NCBI GenBank assembly: GCA_049515895.1
Contig: JBEKTQ010000010.1
Location: forward strand, 1-64,000
From: Candidatus Bathyarchaeia archaeon
GTDB taxonomy: Archaea > Thermoproteota > Bathyarchaeia > Bathyarchaeales > Bathycorpusculaceae
DNA: 64,000 nucleotides
Direction of reading: 5' to 3'
Shown here: piece by piece, positions 28,091 through 38,096 of the stretch
How positions within the stretch are numbered: position 1 is the stretch's first letter
How the letters are laid out: each line of letters begins with the position of its first letter
Made by a program: the position numbers and the translations under genes
Notes under the pieces: generated by a model
Database searches by the model: none
Told to the model about the DNA's origin: nothing
The model's input: the letters and a program-made list of their open reading frames with translations, nothing else

Positions 28091-29569
28091 TTACCCTTTA
28101 ACTACTGCAATCGGGACAAGCCTTGCAACCTTCGTTGCAATCCCAACTTTGTCGCTGACGTCGGCTACGACATCCACGTTCTTGTATGCTGGATCGGCCT
28201 CTTCAGCTAAAACTGAAGTACTTGCAGCACGAACTACGATTCCACGTTTCTCTAAACCTGATTTTATGTCTCCGCCCCAATACTGCCTTTTTGCCGCCGA
28301 CCTACTCATCATCCTTCCGGCGCCATGTGCAGTTGAACCGAAAGTTAAATCCATGGCCTTCTGCGAACCCACTAGAACCCATGAGCTTGTGCCCATGCTT
28401 CCTGGGATAAAGACTGGTTGCCCTTCGCTGCGGTAGTCTGAGGGAACGTCAGGGTGCCCCGCTGGGAAGGCGCGTGTAGCTCCTTTGCGGTGAACCCAAA
28501 CTTTCTTTTCTGCGCCGTCTATGTTGTGCGTCTCTACTTTTGCAATGTTGTGTGCTACATCGTAAACAAGTTTCAACCCGAATTTTTCTGGTGATTCACG
28601 GAAGACCTGCTGAAAGCTTTGGCGGACCCAATGCATGATTGCATGCCGATTGCAGAAAGCGTAGTTGACAGCGCAAGCCATTGCCTGCACGTAATCTTGG
28701 GCTTCGCTGCTGCTTCCAGGGGCGCAGGCTAATTCGCGGTCAGGCAAAGCGATTTTGTATTTTGCTACTGCATGCTCCATTACTCTGAGGTAGTCGGAGC
28801 ACACTTGGTGGCCGTACCCTCTTGACCCACAGTGAATCATTACTGTAACTTGTCCTTCATGTGTAATTCCGAAAGCTTTTGCTGTCTTTGGATTGAGTAT
28901 TTTGTCTACTTTTTGAATTTCTAAGAAGTGGTTGCCTGAACCTAATGTGCCGATCTGTGTTAAACCTCGGCTCTTTGCTGTTTGGGACACTTTATCGGGG
29001 TTTGCGTTGGGCATGCGGCCACTCTCTTCACAATGGTCTGCATCTTCAGGCCAGCCAAAGCCCCGTTTGACAAGCCATTGAACCCCTTCAACCGCTAGGT
29101 GGTCCAATTCGCTGCTGGATATTGAAAGGTCTTTTCGGCGGCTTCCAAGCCCAGAAGGAACGTTGCGGAAAATAGTTTCAGCTAAAGGCGCTAATTTGGG
29201 TCGAATCTCATTTTCATTTAGCGTTGTCGCCAAGAGGCGCACGCCACAGTTAATGTCGTACCCGACGCCGCCGGGGCTGATGACGCCGTTTTCGTAGTCG
29301 GTTGCTGCGACTCCACCTATTGGGAAGCCGTAGCCTTCATGCCCATCGGGCAGAGTTACTGCGTATTTGTAGATTCCAGGAAGCTGAGTTACGTTTGAGC
29401 ACTGCCAAAGGGTTCTGTCAGTCTTCATTTTCTCTAAAAGCGCTTCGTTAGCAAAAACGATGCCGGGAACACGCATCCCAGGCTTGTATTTTGGAATGCG
29501 CCAAGAGTAATCATTTATTTTTTCCAGCGGAATTTGTTCTAGTGGCCTTCTGCTTTCCGATTCACGCAA
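28091..29569 (-). CDS. rtcB: tRNA-splicing ligase RtcB
   Basis: PDGHEGYGFPIG, DINCG, GSGNHF, HRKGAT, HGAGR. Confidence 0.97.
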   Translation of the reverse strand: MRESESRRPLEQIPLEKINDYSWRIPKYKPGMRVPGIVFANEALLEKMKTDRTLWQCSNVTQLPGIYKYAVTLPDGHEGYGFPIGGVAATDYENGVISPGGVGYDINCGVRLLATTLNENEIRPKLAPLAETIFRNVPSGLGSRRKDLSISSSELDHLAVEGVQWLVKRGFGWPEDADHCEESGRMPNANPDKVSQTAKSRGLTQIGTLGSGNHFLEIQKVDKILNPKTAKAFGITHEGQVTVMIHCGSRGYGHQVCSDYLRVMEHAVAKYKIALPDRELACAPGSSSEAQDYVQAMACAVNYAFCNRHAIMHWVRQSFQQVFRESPEKFGLKLVYDVAHNIAKVETHNIDGAEKKVWVHRKGATRAFPAGHPDVPSDYRSEGQPVFIPGSMGTSSWVLVGSQKAMDLTFGSTAHGAGRMMSRSAAKRQYWGGDIKSGLEKRGIVVRAASTSVLAEEADPAYKNVDVVADVSDKVGIATKVARLVPIAVVKG

Positions 29570-29710
29570 AATCTTTCACCAGAGTCAAAAAAGGAATTGC
29601 TGAAATAAAACAGTTGTGACTAAAAGTTGTCCATCGCAGGGACAGTCCACAGTGTTAGCAACAATTTTAAACAATGTTGCATCATCATTAACTTTTGAGC
29701 TGATTGGAGG

Positions 29711-30055
29711 TTGAAACGGATGGCTGAAATAACTGACGAGTTCATGAAGGAAATGATTGCTAAAATGAGGCATTACTGCATAGTAATCCTAAAAGACGGA
29801 CCGAACTGCAACAAAGGGAACGCCAAAAAAATCGTTTGGGAACACGGGCGAAGAAACTTCGCCCTTCGAAGGGACAGCATACTACCGATTGTTTTCCCAG
29901 TTTCTGACGAAAGCGATGTTTCAGGCATCGCAGTTTTTAATGCGTCACTTAACGAGACGAAAAAGATTATGGATGAAGACCCAGGGGTCAAGGCGGGCAT
30001 TTTCGTTTACGAGGTTCATCCTTGCCGGGGCTTTCCAGGCGACTGCTTACCCTGA
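29711..30055 (+). CDS. YciI-like protein
   Basis: WEH, GIAVF, MDEDPGVKAGIF. Confidence 0.65.
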   Translation: MKRMAEITDEFMKEMIAKMRHYCIVILKDGPNCNKGNAKKIVWEHGRRNFALRRDSILPIVFPVSDESDVSGIAVFNASLNETKKIMDEDPGVKAGIFVYEVHPCRGFPGDCLP

Positions 30056-30067
30056 ACCATGCAATTG

Positions 30068-31099
30068 CTAATCTTGCAGTGTTTTTGCGTAATCAACAAA
30101 TCCCTGAACTGTGTTTCCAAGAGCTGTCACGGAGTAAATTGGGTGCGCACTTAAGTAGCCAACGAGTCGAGTCATGACTTTGTCTTCCCGAATTATCCTC
30201 TCGCATATCTGCCCAAAGCTTTGTTTTTCTTTCACGCCTTCTTCCGCGATCTTTCCCCAGAGCTGAAGCTGCGCCTTGTAATCTTTTAGCCGCTGAACGC
30301 CGTCGGAGGCTTTGCCGAAGTGACTGTAGTATAGGGCTGCTGGTTTGAGGCTGATTAGTTTATCTAAAGAAGCCAACGCCACATCCAGGCGGAAAGGCGG
30401 AGGTGTCGTGGGTATTACAACGTCGAACTCTGGAAAGTAGGTGCCAGCTGCATCCCCTGGAAACACGCCGCCATTTAAGGTTTCGAAGAAGCTAAGATTA
30501 TGTGAGGCATGACCAAGCGTCTCAAGAACCCGTAGTTTAGCGTCGCCGCCTAAATCAAAATAGCCCTCAGAAACGGGTATTATACGTTCTTTGGGGACGG
30601 GTTCTGGTTTGCCGAAGATTTCGCTTACAAACCCCAAAACTGACTGTGCGGACTCCCAAAGCCGTTGGGGATCAACTAGGTGGGGTATGCCTCTTGGGTG
30701 AACAATTACTTTTGCGTTGGGAAGAAACTTTAGCAACGTACCAGCCCCGCCGCCGTGATCCAAATGAACATGGGTAATCGCGACATATTCAACATCTTCA
30801 AACTTTACATTCAGCTCTTTTAGTCCCTCTATAAGTCTATGTACTGAAGAGGTGGGTCCAGACTCGACAAGGATGACTTTTTCGCCTTTCAAAACGTAGC
30901 TGCAGATGAGATTTTTGAATCCGCCGGTTTCCAACTCAATTTGGTACAGTTTCTTCCCAATTATTTGAGTACGCAAATTTTCACCTTGCCAAGTTTGATA
31001 GGCGCTGTCATTGACTAAACGTTTCCGTAATAGCCAAAGGGGGCACGTAAAACTTAATATTTGCATATTCCCTCTATGCAAGCGGCTAAAAGGGGGCAA
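30068..31099 (-). CDS. Metallo-beta-lactamase fold hydrolase (start probably near 30976)
   Basis: THVHLDHGGG, GHASH, GDAAG, SHFG. Confidence 0.9.
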   Translation of the reverse strand: MPPFSRLHRGNMQILSFTCPLWLLRKRLVNDSAYQTWQGENLRTQIIGKKLYQIELETGGFKNLICSYVLKGEKVILVESGPTSSVHRLIEGLKELNVKFEDVEYVAITHVHLDHGGGAGTLLKFLPNAKVIVHPRGIPHLVDPQRLWESAQSVLGFVSEIFGKPEPVPKERIIPVSEGYFDLGGDAKLRVLETLGHASHNLSFFETLNGGVFPGDAAGTYFPEFDVVIPTTPPPFRLDVALASLDKLISLKPAALYYSHFGKASDGVQRLKDYKAQLQLWGKIAEEGVKEKQSFGQICERIIREDKVMTRLVGYLSAHPIYSVTALGNTVQGFVDYAKTLQD

Positions 31100-31107
31100 A
31101 AAATTAA

Positions 31108-31761
31108 TTGAAAGCTGTCATGTTTGGAGCGCCAGGCGCTGGGAAAGGCACCTATGCAAGTAGGCTTCAAAAAAAACTTGGCGTTGAAACTATCGCGACA
31201 GGTGACATTTTTCGTGAATTAATCAAAAATGACTCGGAACTAGGCAGAAAAGTCAGGGGTTACGTGGAAAAAGGGCTATTGGTTCCAGACGAGATTGTGA
31301 CAGGAGTCTTAAAGGAACGGTTAAGCAAAATTCCAGTGGGGAAGGGCTTCATTTTGGATGGCTTCCCGCGTACCCTTGAGCAGGCTAAAGCACTTGAAGC
31401 AGTAGCTAAAATTGACGTTATACTGATGCTAGACGTACCTGATTGGCTTATCATAGAACGCCTATCAAGCCGTAGGATTTGTCGTAACTGTGGAACTGTT
31501 TACAATATTCGCTTCTTGAAGCCTAAGGTTGAAGGCGTCTGTGACAAATGCGTAGGTCCGCTTTATCAGCGTTCAGACGATAATCCTGAGGTCATAAAGA
31601 AAAGGTTGCAGGTCTATAAAGAACAGGCAAAACCGCTGTTGGAGTACTTTGAGAAGAAAAAAGTGCCCTTCGTAGTTTCCAAAACTACTAGTCTTGATCA
31701 GCCGCCAGAGCCAGTTGTTGACAAGATGATTGAAGAACTAAAAAAACGAAAGTTTGCCTAA
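31108..31761 (+). CDS. adk: Adenylate kinase with a Zn-binding LID
   Basis: GAPGAGKGT, LDGFPR, CRNC...CDKC, QRSDD. Confidence 0.93.
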   Translation: MKAVMFGAPGAGKGTYASRLQKKLGVETIATGDIFRELIKNDSELGRKVRGYVEKGLLVPDEIVTGVLKERLSKIPVGKGFILDGFPRTLEQAKALEAVAKIDVILMLDVPDWLIIERLSSRRICRNCGTVYNIRFLKPKVEGVCDKCVGPLYQRSDDNPEVIKKRLQVYKEQAKPLLEYFEKKKVPFVVSKTTSLDQPPEPVVDKMIEELKKRKFA

Positions 31762-32207
31762 ATATCCAAAATGAACTCTAAAACGGCGCTGTCTTTTTCT
31801 CTGATTATCATCATTCGATGGTAAGTTACAGCTTTAACGCCGACTTTTTGCGGGTGCTTCTGAGCATCAAATTTTTCCCCCCAAACTTTCGCCTTAAATT
31901 TGAAGTTTTCCTCCGTTTCCTTCCAATCGGTTATTTCAAATTTTGAGTAAAGCATTCCTTCGGTTTCGAACTTTACAAGCAAGGCTTCAAGCCAACTGTA
32001 AAGCAAAGCGTACTGATCTTCAGCTTCCGCACTCAGGTTTTCCTGCTTGGTCTGAGCGATTTTGTCGGTGTCAGTCATTACCTCAAACATCGCAAGCGCG
32101 GAGTTTGCGTAGGCTTCCTCCATTGTTTTTCCGTAGGCTCGAATGTAAACGTCCGCGGTGTGTTCTAAAAACTCAAATTTTCCAGCAAATTTATCGGTTG
32201 CATCCAT
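31758..32207 (-). CDS. Archease
   Basis: EHTADV, VKAVTYH, terminal LDI. Confidence 0.93.
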   Translation of the reverse strand: MDATDKFAGKFEFLEHTADVYIRAYGKTMEEAYANSALAMFEVMTDTDKIAQTKQENLSAEAEDQYALLYSWLEALLVKFETEGMLYSKFEITDWKETEENFKFKAKVWGEKFDAQKHPQKVGVKAVTYHRMMIIREKDSAVLEFILDI

Positions 32208-32276
32208 TGTTCAGCGTCACTATATTAATCAATGAAGCTGAAGAACTAAAAACACTTTCGCTGAATGCAACTGAGG

Positions 32277-32734
32277 TCACTTTTCGAGTTCAACGAAACT
32301 TGTTATGCTCGCTTTAATCAGGTTAATGCAAACTTTCTCAAACACTTTTTCTTGCCGAGCTTTCGCTGCTTCCTCAGGATTGGACAAATCGTATTTGATC
32401 AAATCTCTGCAATAGACTGTGCCATGCTGCCTCTCAAATTGCCTATACAGCTTGTTTGCGTTAGCATTAGCCTTTGATTGTTTTTCAGCGGCTGCCTCGT
32501 TGGACCCAAACTTGATTCCTCCTGCCATGAGGCTGCCGGATAGGGCGCCGCAAAGAGATTCCGCACGGTCCTATGCCCGCCGCCGAATCTAGCTGCGATT
32601 TTTGGGACAAGCTCGTTTTTAGATTCGGGTTCGATTTGTTCATAAAGTGTTGATAAAACGGTTTGAGCGCAGTTTTATCCACTTTGGAAGTTTTTGATGC
32701 CTTTTTCAATTGCAATCTGATTTGGTGGTGACAA
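32277..32734 (-). pseudogene. C_GCAxxG_C_C family redox protein pseudogene
   Basis: FQSG*NCAQTVL...FGGG / GIGPCG / SLCGALSG...CRDL...C, with one in-frame stop and two frameshifts. Confidence 0.75.
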
Positions 32735-32749
32735 ATCTTTTCAGCTTCT

Positions 32750-33793
32750 TTAGAAGTATCGTGATGTTCTTTGTATGGCGGCAACGGTGAGTTTAGCTGA
32801 GTTTTCAACGTCTTTTACGGATAGCATGCCTACTGGACTGTGAATGTACCGTGTCGGTATCGATACGTTGCCACTTGGGATTCCTTGTCTCGTCAAGGAA
32901 ATTCGTGCCGCGTCCGTTGAACCCATTAATCCTGTTTCAATCTGAAAGGGAATTTTTTCTTCCTCTGCCGAATCCAAAAGCCAACGCAGAACCTTCGGGT
33001 GAGTAATCAAACCGGAATCTGAAATTGTAACCGATGGACCTTTACCCATCTTAACACTCGTGTCATATTCTCTTACGCCTGGTACGTCGCCAGCTATGGT
33101 TACGTCAAGCGCTATTGCCACATCAGGGTCAATCTTAAAGGCTGCCGCACCGGCGCCACGCAAACCTACTTCTTCCTGAACCGTTCCCACAGCGTAGATC
33201 GTGTAATCGGTTTTTTCAATTAGTTTTAAGGTTTCAATCATTGCCGCGCAACCTGCCCGGTTATCAAAAGCTTTGCCTACAACAACTCCCCTCCCTAAAG
33301 GTAAATATTTGATGTCAAAACCTACAGGGTCCCCGATCGCAACACCCATAGCTAAAGCATCTTCGCGATTTTCTGCTCCCACATCAATGAAAAGCTCGTC
33401 TGAAGTGATGATTTTTTTGCGTTCTTCCTCTTTTTGGATGTGGGGCGGTTTTGACCCGATTATGCCTGGGAAAGAGGCTTTTTTTGAAAAAACTGTGACC
33501 ATCTGTGCCGGTAAGATGCGGTCGTCTATTCCGCCCATCTTAGCAAACTGCAAAAAGCCGTCTTTGGTAATCGTCTTTATCATTAACCCGATTTCATCCA
33601 TATGAGCTGCAAGCATTATTTTGGTCGACTTTTCTTTGCCTTTTTTGATGGCTATGACGTTCTCAAGTTTATCCACAATTATTTCATCTACGTAAGGAGT
33701 CATGAGTCTAATCATCAACTCTCGGACCTCGCTTTCTCTGCCCGTCACACCGCAGGCGTTTGAAAGCTTCTCTAGATTTTCATTTATCGACAA
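32750..33793 (-). CDS. M42 (TET) aminopeptidase
   Basis: AAHMDE, KAFDNRAG, QEEVGLRGA, RYIHSP. Confidence 0.93.
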   Translation of the reverse strand: MSINENLEKLSNACGVTGRESEVRELMIRLMTPYVDEIIVDKLENVIAIKKGKEKSTKIMLAAHMDEIGLMIKTITKDGFLQFAKMGGIDDRILPAQMVTVFSKKASFPGIIGSKPPHIQKEEERKKIITSDELFIDVGAENREDALAMGVAIGDPVGFDIKYLPLGRGVVVGKAFDNRAGCAAMIETLKLIEKTDYTIYAVGTVQEEVGLRGAGAAAFKIDPDVAIALDVTIAGDVPGVREYDTSVKMGKGPSVTISDSGLITHPKVLRWLLDSAEEEKIPFQIETGLMGSTDAARISLTRQGIPSGNVSIPTRYIHSPVGMLSVKDVENSAKLTVAAIQRTSRYF

Positions 33794-34110
33794 ACACGTA
33801 ACCCTCGTTCAAAGCTTATTTGACTACTCCTTTGAAGGCTAAGTTATTAAAAAATTACGGTTCACAGCATGATAAAGGTCGGTTCCTAAAAACAAAAATG
33901 TCTATTTTGTGATTTCAATATCTTTGCTTTAATGTTAAGGTTAGACTTATTTTTCAACTTTGAACGTGCCTTCTTACTCTCTTATTTACTAATCTTTAAA
34001 ACCACTTAGGTGTAAGAATCAGTTCAAAGCGCTTTCAAGAATCAAGAATATGACAACTTTTAAATGCTAACAAGGCATAAAATTCCTACTACTAAAGGGG
34101 TAAGTTCAAA

Positions 34111-34998
34111 TTGGCAGAACAGCAACAACAACCGACTCCGAGAAAGATTGGAATTTTCAAGTGTGGAAATATCGGGACATCACCTTGTCTTGAACTTCTA
34201 TTGGATGAATTAGCTGATCGAAAAGACATCAAGGTTCGAACCGTAACAACGGGTTCAAAAATGGGACCCGACGATGTCGAAGAAGCTTTACCTAAAATCT
34301 TCGAATTCAATCCAGAAGTCATGGTAATAATATCACCTAACACCGCGTTGCCTGGTCCCTCCAAAGCAAGGGAAGCAGTTGCAAGCAGAAAGCTGCCTGG
34401 AATCGTCATAACTGATTCCCCCGGCAAACGCATTAAAGGAGACATCGAAAAACAAGGTTTAGGCTACATCATAATCACGGGAGACCCACTTATAGGCGCG
34501 AGAAAAGAATTCTTAGACCCGATTGAAATGGCAATTTTCAATTCAAACATAAACAAAGTCCTCGCCATAACGGGCGTTTATCGAATTGTGTACCAGGAGA
34601 TTGACAAGGTCATCTACGCCGTCGAAGCTGGATTACCGCCCATATTACCGAAGTTAGTCATCGATATCACAACCATCCGAGACCAAATCTTTTTTAACAA
34701 TCCCTACGCGAAAGCAAAAGCGATTGCTGCATACGGAATGGCCGAAAAAGTAGCAGACATAAACACCATAGCATGCTTCATTGAGAAGGAACACGAAAAG
34801 TATATCCCGCTGGTAGCTTCCGCTCATGAAGTGGCCCAAGCAGCTGCCAGATTGGCTGAAGAAGCGCGCGAAATCGAGAAATACACTGACGAATTGTTGA
34901 GAAAGCCTCATGCAAAGGATGGGAAATTGAAATACAAGACTAAGCTGATGGCTCAACCGACCTTTGATGAAGAAAACTATACCCAAAACAATACTTAA
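34111..34998 (+). CDS. mtd: F420-dependent methylene-H4MPT dehydrogenase
   Basis: KCGNIGTS...LDELADRKDI, GSKM, IGARKEFLDPIEMA, NPYAKAKA. Confidence 0.92.
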   Translation: MAEQQQQPTPRKIGIFKCGNIGTSPCLELLLDELADRKDIKVRTVTTGSKMGPDDVEEALPKIFEFNPEVMVIISPNTALPGPSKAREAVASRKLPGIVITDSPGKRIKGDIEKQGLGYIIITGDPLIGARKEFLDPIEMAIFNSNINKVLAITGVYRIVYQEIDKVIYAVEAGLPPILPKLVIDITTIRDQIFFNNPYAKAKAIAAYGMAEKVADINTIACFIEKEHEKYIPLVASAHEVAQAAARLAEEAREIEKYTDELLRKPHAKDGKLKYKTKLMAQPTFDEENYTQNNT

Positions 34999-35185
34999 CG
35001 TCCTTTTTTATTTCTTTTCATGAAACCTTTTTTTCGTTGTTTCCACCGAAGGTGCTGTATATGTGGTATATGCCGATATATTCCAAGTTGGTAAGAAGTA
35101 TATACCATATATAAGTTTACATAGCGTATTTCGACTAAGTATATATCCGCCTTTGCCATCTTCAGAAAGGTAGAGGTTAACAAAA

Positions 35186-36901
35186 ATGGAAACTCTTGAA
35201 CTCAAACCTTTAGAAAAAAAGAAACTCAATGTCTTACTGCTGGAAAAAGAATACAACGAACAATTCTGGGTTAACGAGCCGCCAGCAAACTCGAACTCGC
35301 TCCAAGCACTGCTCAAACCGTCGATAGGTTTCTACAAGTTTCTCGAAAACCTGGTAAGCAAAGTCAACGTAGATTTCGTCACTGATGAACTAGGTAACCG
35401 CTCCAAGGAGGACTTCGAAGAAAGCATAACTACTGATATTTTCCGCAAAAGCAACCTACCTTACTTCGGTGTAGACATCGACGCAGCCGCAAAGGAATAC
35501 ATCGGAGACGTAATCGGTAATAAATTAAAATCACGAAATGACTTGTTAAAAGCTTTGGAAAGCATGCCAAAACAGAAAGATGAGTCAATGGAAAAAGAAT
35601 ACCTGATCGCCCTCGGCCAAAGTCTCCAATTCGAGATAGAGGAACACCAAAAAGAGGTCAATTTCTCAATCAGAGAAAGCTGGATAGCCATGGGCATTCT
35701 GAATCATGCAAGAGAAATCAAAGGAAAAGAAGACATCACCTGCCTCCACATTTGCAGCCCCGAACATATGACTGGAATAAAGCAGATACTTGAATCGATG
35801 AATGCAAAAGTTGAAACTGCAAAGCTTTCAAAGAAGGTTATCGCGGCAAGCACAGAAGTACCATCCTCTCATGAGATGGAAAACTGGTTAGAATCAATCC
35901 AGATCCAAGTTAAGCCAACCATGGGAAAAGGCGTCGAAGATGCGCCATACTTACTTTTCTACATAGACACTGACGTGAAAGCAAGCCCATTCGACATTTG
36001 CATGGCATACGACGTTGGCTACGATGCAGTCATACCTTACGAGAACGTGAATCCAGAAGACGCGAAAAACATCACTCAAGATGCATTGCTTTCCCGAGGA
36101 CCTAAAGGTGTTAAGCATACCGCTTTTATGATTGGCGGAAAAAACGCTGAACGATCCGAAGAAGTCTTTCAAGCAGTTAAAGATTCAATGTTCCCACCGT
36201 TCAAAACAAGCATAATAATTGACCCAGCAGGCGCGTATACAACTGCAGCAGCAATGGTTGCAAAAGCAGAAAACGCCTTGGTCACAAACAAACTTGGAGA
36301 ACTAAAAGACAAAACATGCGCCATCATGGGAACAGGTGCAGTCGGCCAAATAGCAGCTGTCCTTCTCGCTAAAATAGGCTGCAAGGTAATGATTGCCAGC
36401 TTGAACCCAAAACGCGCTGACGGAAAAGAGCATGCGGAAAGCATTGGTAAGCTACTCGCCAAAGACCACGGAGTACAAGTTCAAGGCATATTCGCCCCGA
36501 CCCCAGCTTCAAAAATCGACATTATACAGAAAGCTGACGTAATCATGTGCGCAGGAGTTAAAGGCGTTCGCATCATCGACAAAGAAATGCTCAAAGACGT
36601 TAAACACATGAAGCTCCTACTTGACATAAACGCGGTCCCACCCTTCGGCATAGAAGGAATCGAACTCAAAGACGACATGAAAGAAATGCTACCAGGCATA
36701 TTCGTAATCGGCGCACTAAGCGTAGGCGACTTAAAACACAAGGTTGAGAAAGAAATGCTGCGTGATGCACGAAGCAACGGAAAAGAAGTCTACAACTTCA
36801 ACGTAGCGTTGCCGATGGCAAGAAAGATGCTGGAAAAAGACATGCTACCGGCTAAATTGGCAATGACGCTCAACTACCAATCGACAAAGAAACCCGCATA
36901 G
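35186..36901 (+). CDS. Unknown N-terminal domain fused to an NAD(P)-dependent methylene-H4MPT dehydrogenase (MtdA/B-like)
   Basis: C-terminal SPFDICMAYD, SRGPKG, DPAGAYTTAAA, GTGAVG and DINAVPPFG, with about 250 extra N-terminal residues. Confidence 0.8.
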   Translation: METLELKPLEKKKLNVLLLEKEYNEQFWVNEPPANSNSLQALLKPSIGFYKFLENLVSKVNVDFVTDELGNRSKEDFEESITTDIFRKSNLPYFGVDIDAAAKEYIGDVIGNKLKSRNDLLKALESMPKQKDESMEKEYLIALGQSLQFEIEEHQKEVNFSIRESWIAMGILNHAREIKGKEDITCLHICSPEHMTGIKQILESMNAKVETAKLSKKVIAASTEVPSSHEMENWLESIQIQVKPTMGKGVEDAPYLLFYIDTDVKASPFDICMAYDVGYDAVIPYENVNPEDAKNITQDALLSRGPKGVKHTAFMIGGKNAERSEEVFQAVKDSMFPPFKTSIIIDPAGAYTTAAAMVAKAENALVTNKLGELKDKTCAIMGTGAVGQIAAVLLAKIGCKVMIASLNPKRADGKEHAESIGKLLAKDHGVQVQGIFAPTPASKIDIIQKADVIMCAGVKGVRIIDKEMLKDVKHMKLLLDINAVPPFGIEGIELKDDMKEMLPGIFVIGALSVGDLKHKVEKEMLRDARSNGKEVYNFNVALPMARKMLEKDMLPAKLAMTLNYQSTKKPA

Positions 36902-36915
36902 GGTTCTTTCTTTTT

Positions 36916-37935
36916 TTACATAGGAACTTTGAATGCGTGGTTCACTGTAACTTCTGCGATGTTTGCTGCATAGAAAGCAATTCTCTTTATGTCTTCCCTA
37001 ATTGAGCATACTGCGCAGATTAACTCGGGTTTTTTGTTGGTTATGAAAGTTGTGTTTGCGATTTCTTGATCTAATTTTTCAATTCTCTTGGTCTGTTTCA
37101 TTATTTCAACTGAAAAGTCAGCGTCGTGCTGAAAGAAAGCGTTAACGGCTTTAATGTATAAATCGACTACCTCCATTCCTTCATCGACCATAAGCTCCAA
37201 CAGGTTGTTGGGGATCTTCTCTCCTATTCCATCTATCATAATTATGTGTTTGGCTATGTCCGCTACGTAATCTGAGGCATGCTCGATTAGCACAGAGAGA
37301 TACTGGTAGTCCATACAGTCAATCGGGTCCAAACGCAGTTCATTAGCTAAAACTGGACTTTGAGCCGCCACCCTCAGTATTCTGAGTATGAGGAAGTGGA
37401 ATTGGTCCACATCATCGTCAAGTGAAAAAACAGATTTTGCAAGTGAGATGTCATTGGTCTTCAGAGCGCTGAATACATCCTCACACATAGAGTGAGATAT
37501 CAGATGCATTCTTTGCACTGCTTGGTCAAGTGAAGCTTTGGATTCGTCAGTTAACGTTTGAAGATAAACTCCTCTTGAATCCGACTCCATTATTCTCATG
37601 TAAAGCCTGCCAGCGATGTTCCGTATGGCTTTCCTCTGCGGAACGGAGAGGATTTTTTCTGCTATGAGTGTGATTCCAGAGTACCCGTTCAAAAATGACC
37701 CAATGATTTTTTGGGTTATTAATGTCTCATCTTCGTTGTGTCCGATCTTAATTGTTGTCTCTTTGGGCGGCGACTTTCTCTCTGCCCCAGGATAAACAAC
37801 TAATGAACGGTCACGTTGGATTGCGTACGAAACCACATCTCCCTTGTTTAATTCATTTAAAGTCATCCAGTTTTTTGGGAGAGAAACCACCATTGAGGAT
37901 CTGCCCAAAGACATTATTCTACGTTCCATAGTCAT
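36916..37935 (-). CDS. AbrB-PhoU regulator
   Basis: RRIMSLGRSSMVVSLPK.W, plus two PhoU-like repeats (DDDVD...IEHASD; IKRIA...NIAE). Confidence 0.85.
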   Translation of the reverse strand: MTMERRIMSLGRSSMVVSLPKNWMTLNELNKGDVVSYAIQRDRSLVVYPGAERKSPPKETTIKIGHNEDETLITQKIIGSFLNGYSGITLIAEKILSVPQRKAIRNIAGRLYMRIMESDSRGVYLQTLTDESKASLDQAVQRMHLISHSMCEDVFSALKTNDISLAKSVFSLDDDVDQFHFLILRILRVAAQSPVLANELRLDPIDCMDYQYLSVLIEHASDYVADIAKHIIMIDGIGEKIPNNLLELMVDEGMEVVDLYIKAVNAFFQHDADFSVEIMKQTKRIEKLDQEIANTTFITNKKPELICAVCSIREDIKRIAFYAANIAEVTVNHAFKVPM

Positions 37936-38096
37936 GCCTCCAACATATTCCGAGCCATGATGAGTTAATACCTCATATATTTAATATATACTTTATTAAC
38001 AGCGGGAATTTGCCTTGGTGCACCCAGCCCCACATTTAACACGCTAACTCTCAAAGCAACCAATGGACCGTAAAAAGAGAATTGTAAAACCCTATC

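Noticed and set aside
28091-32207. RtcB-archease clustering as a novelty
   Set aside because: Established functional partnership.
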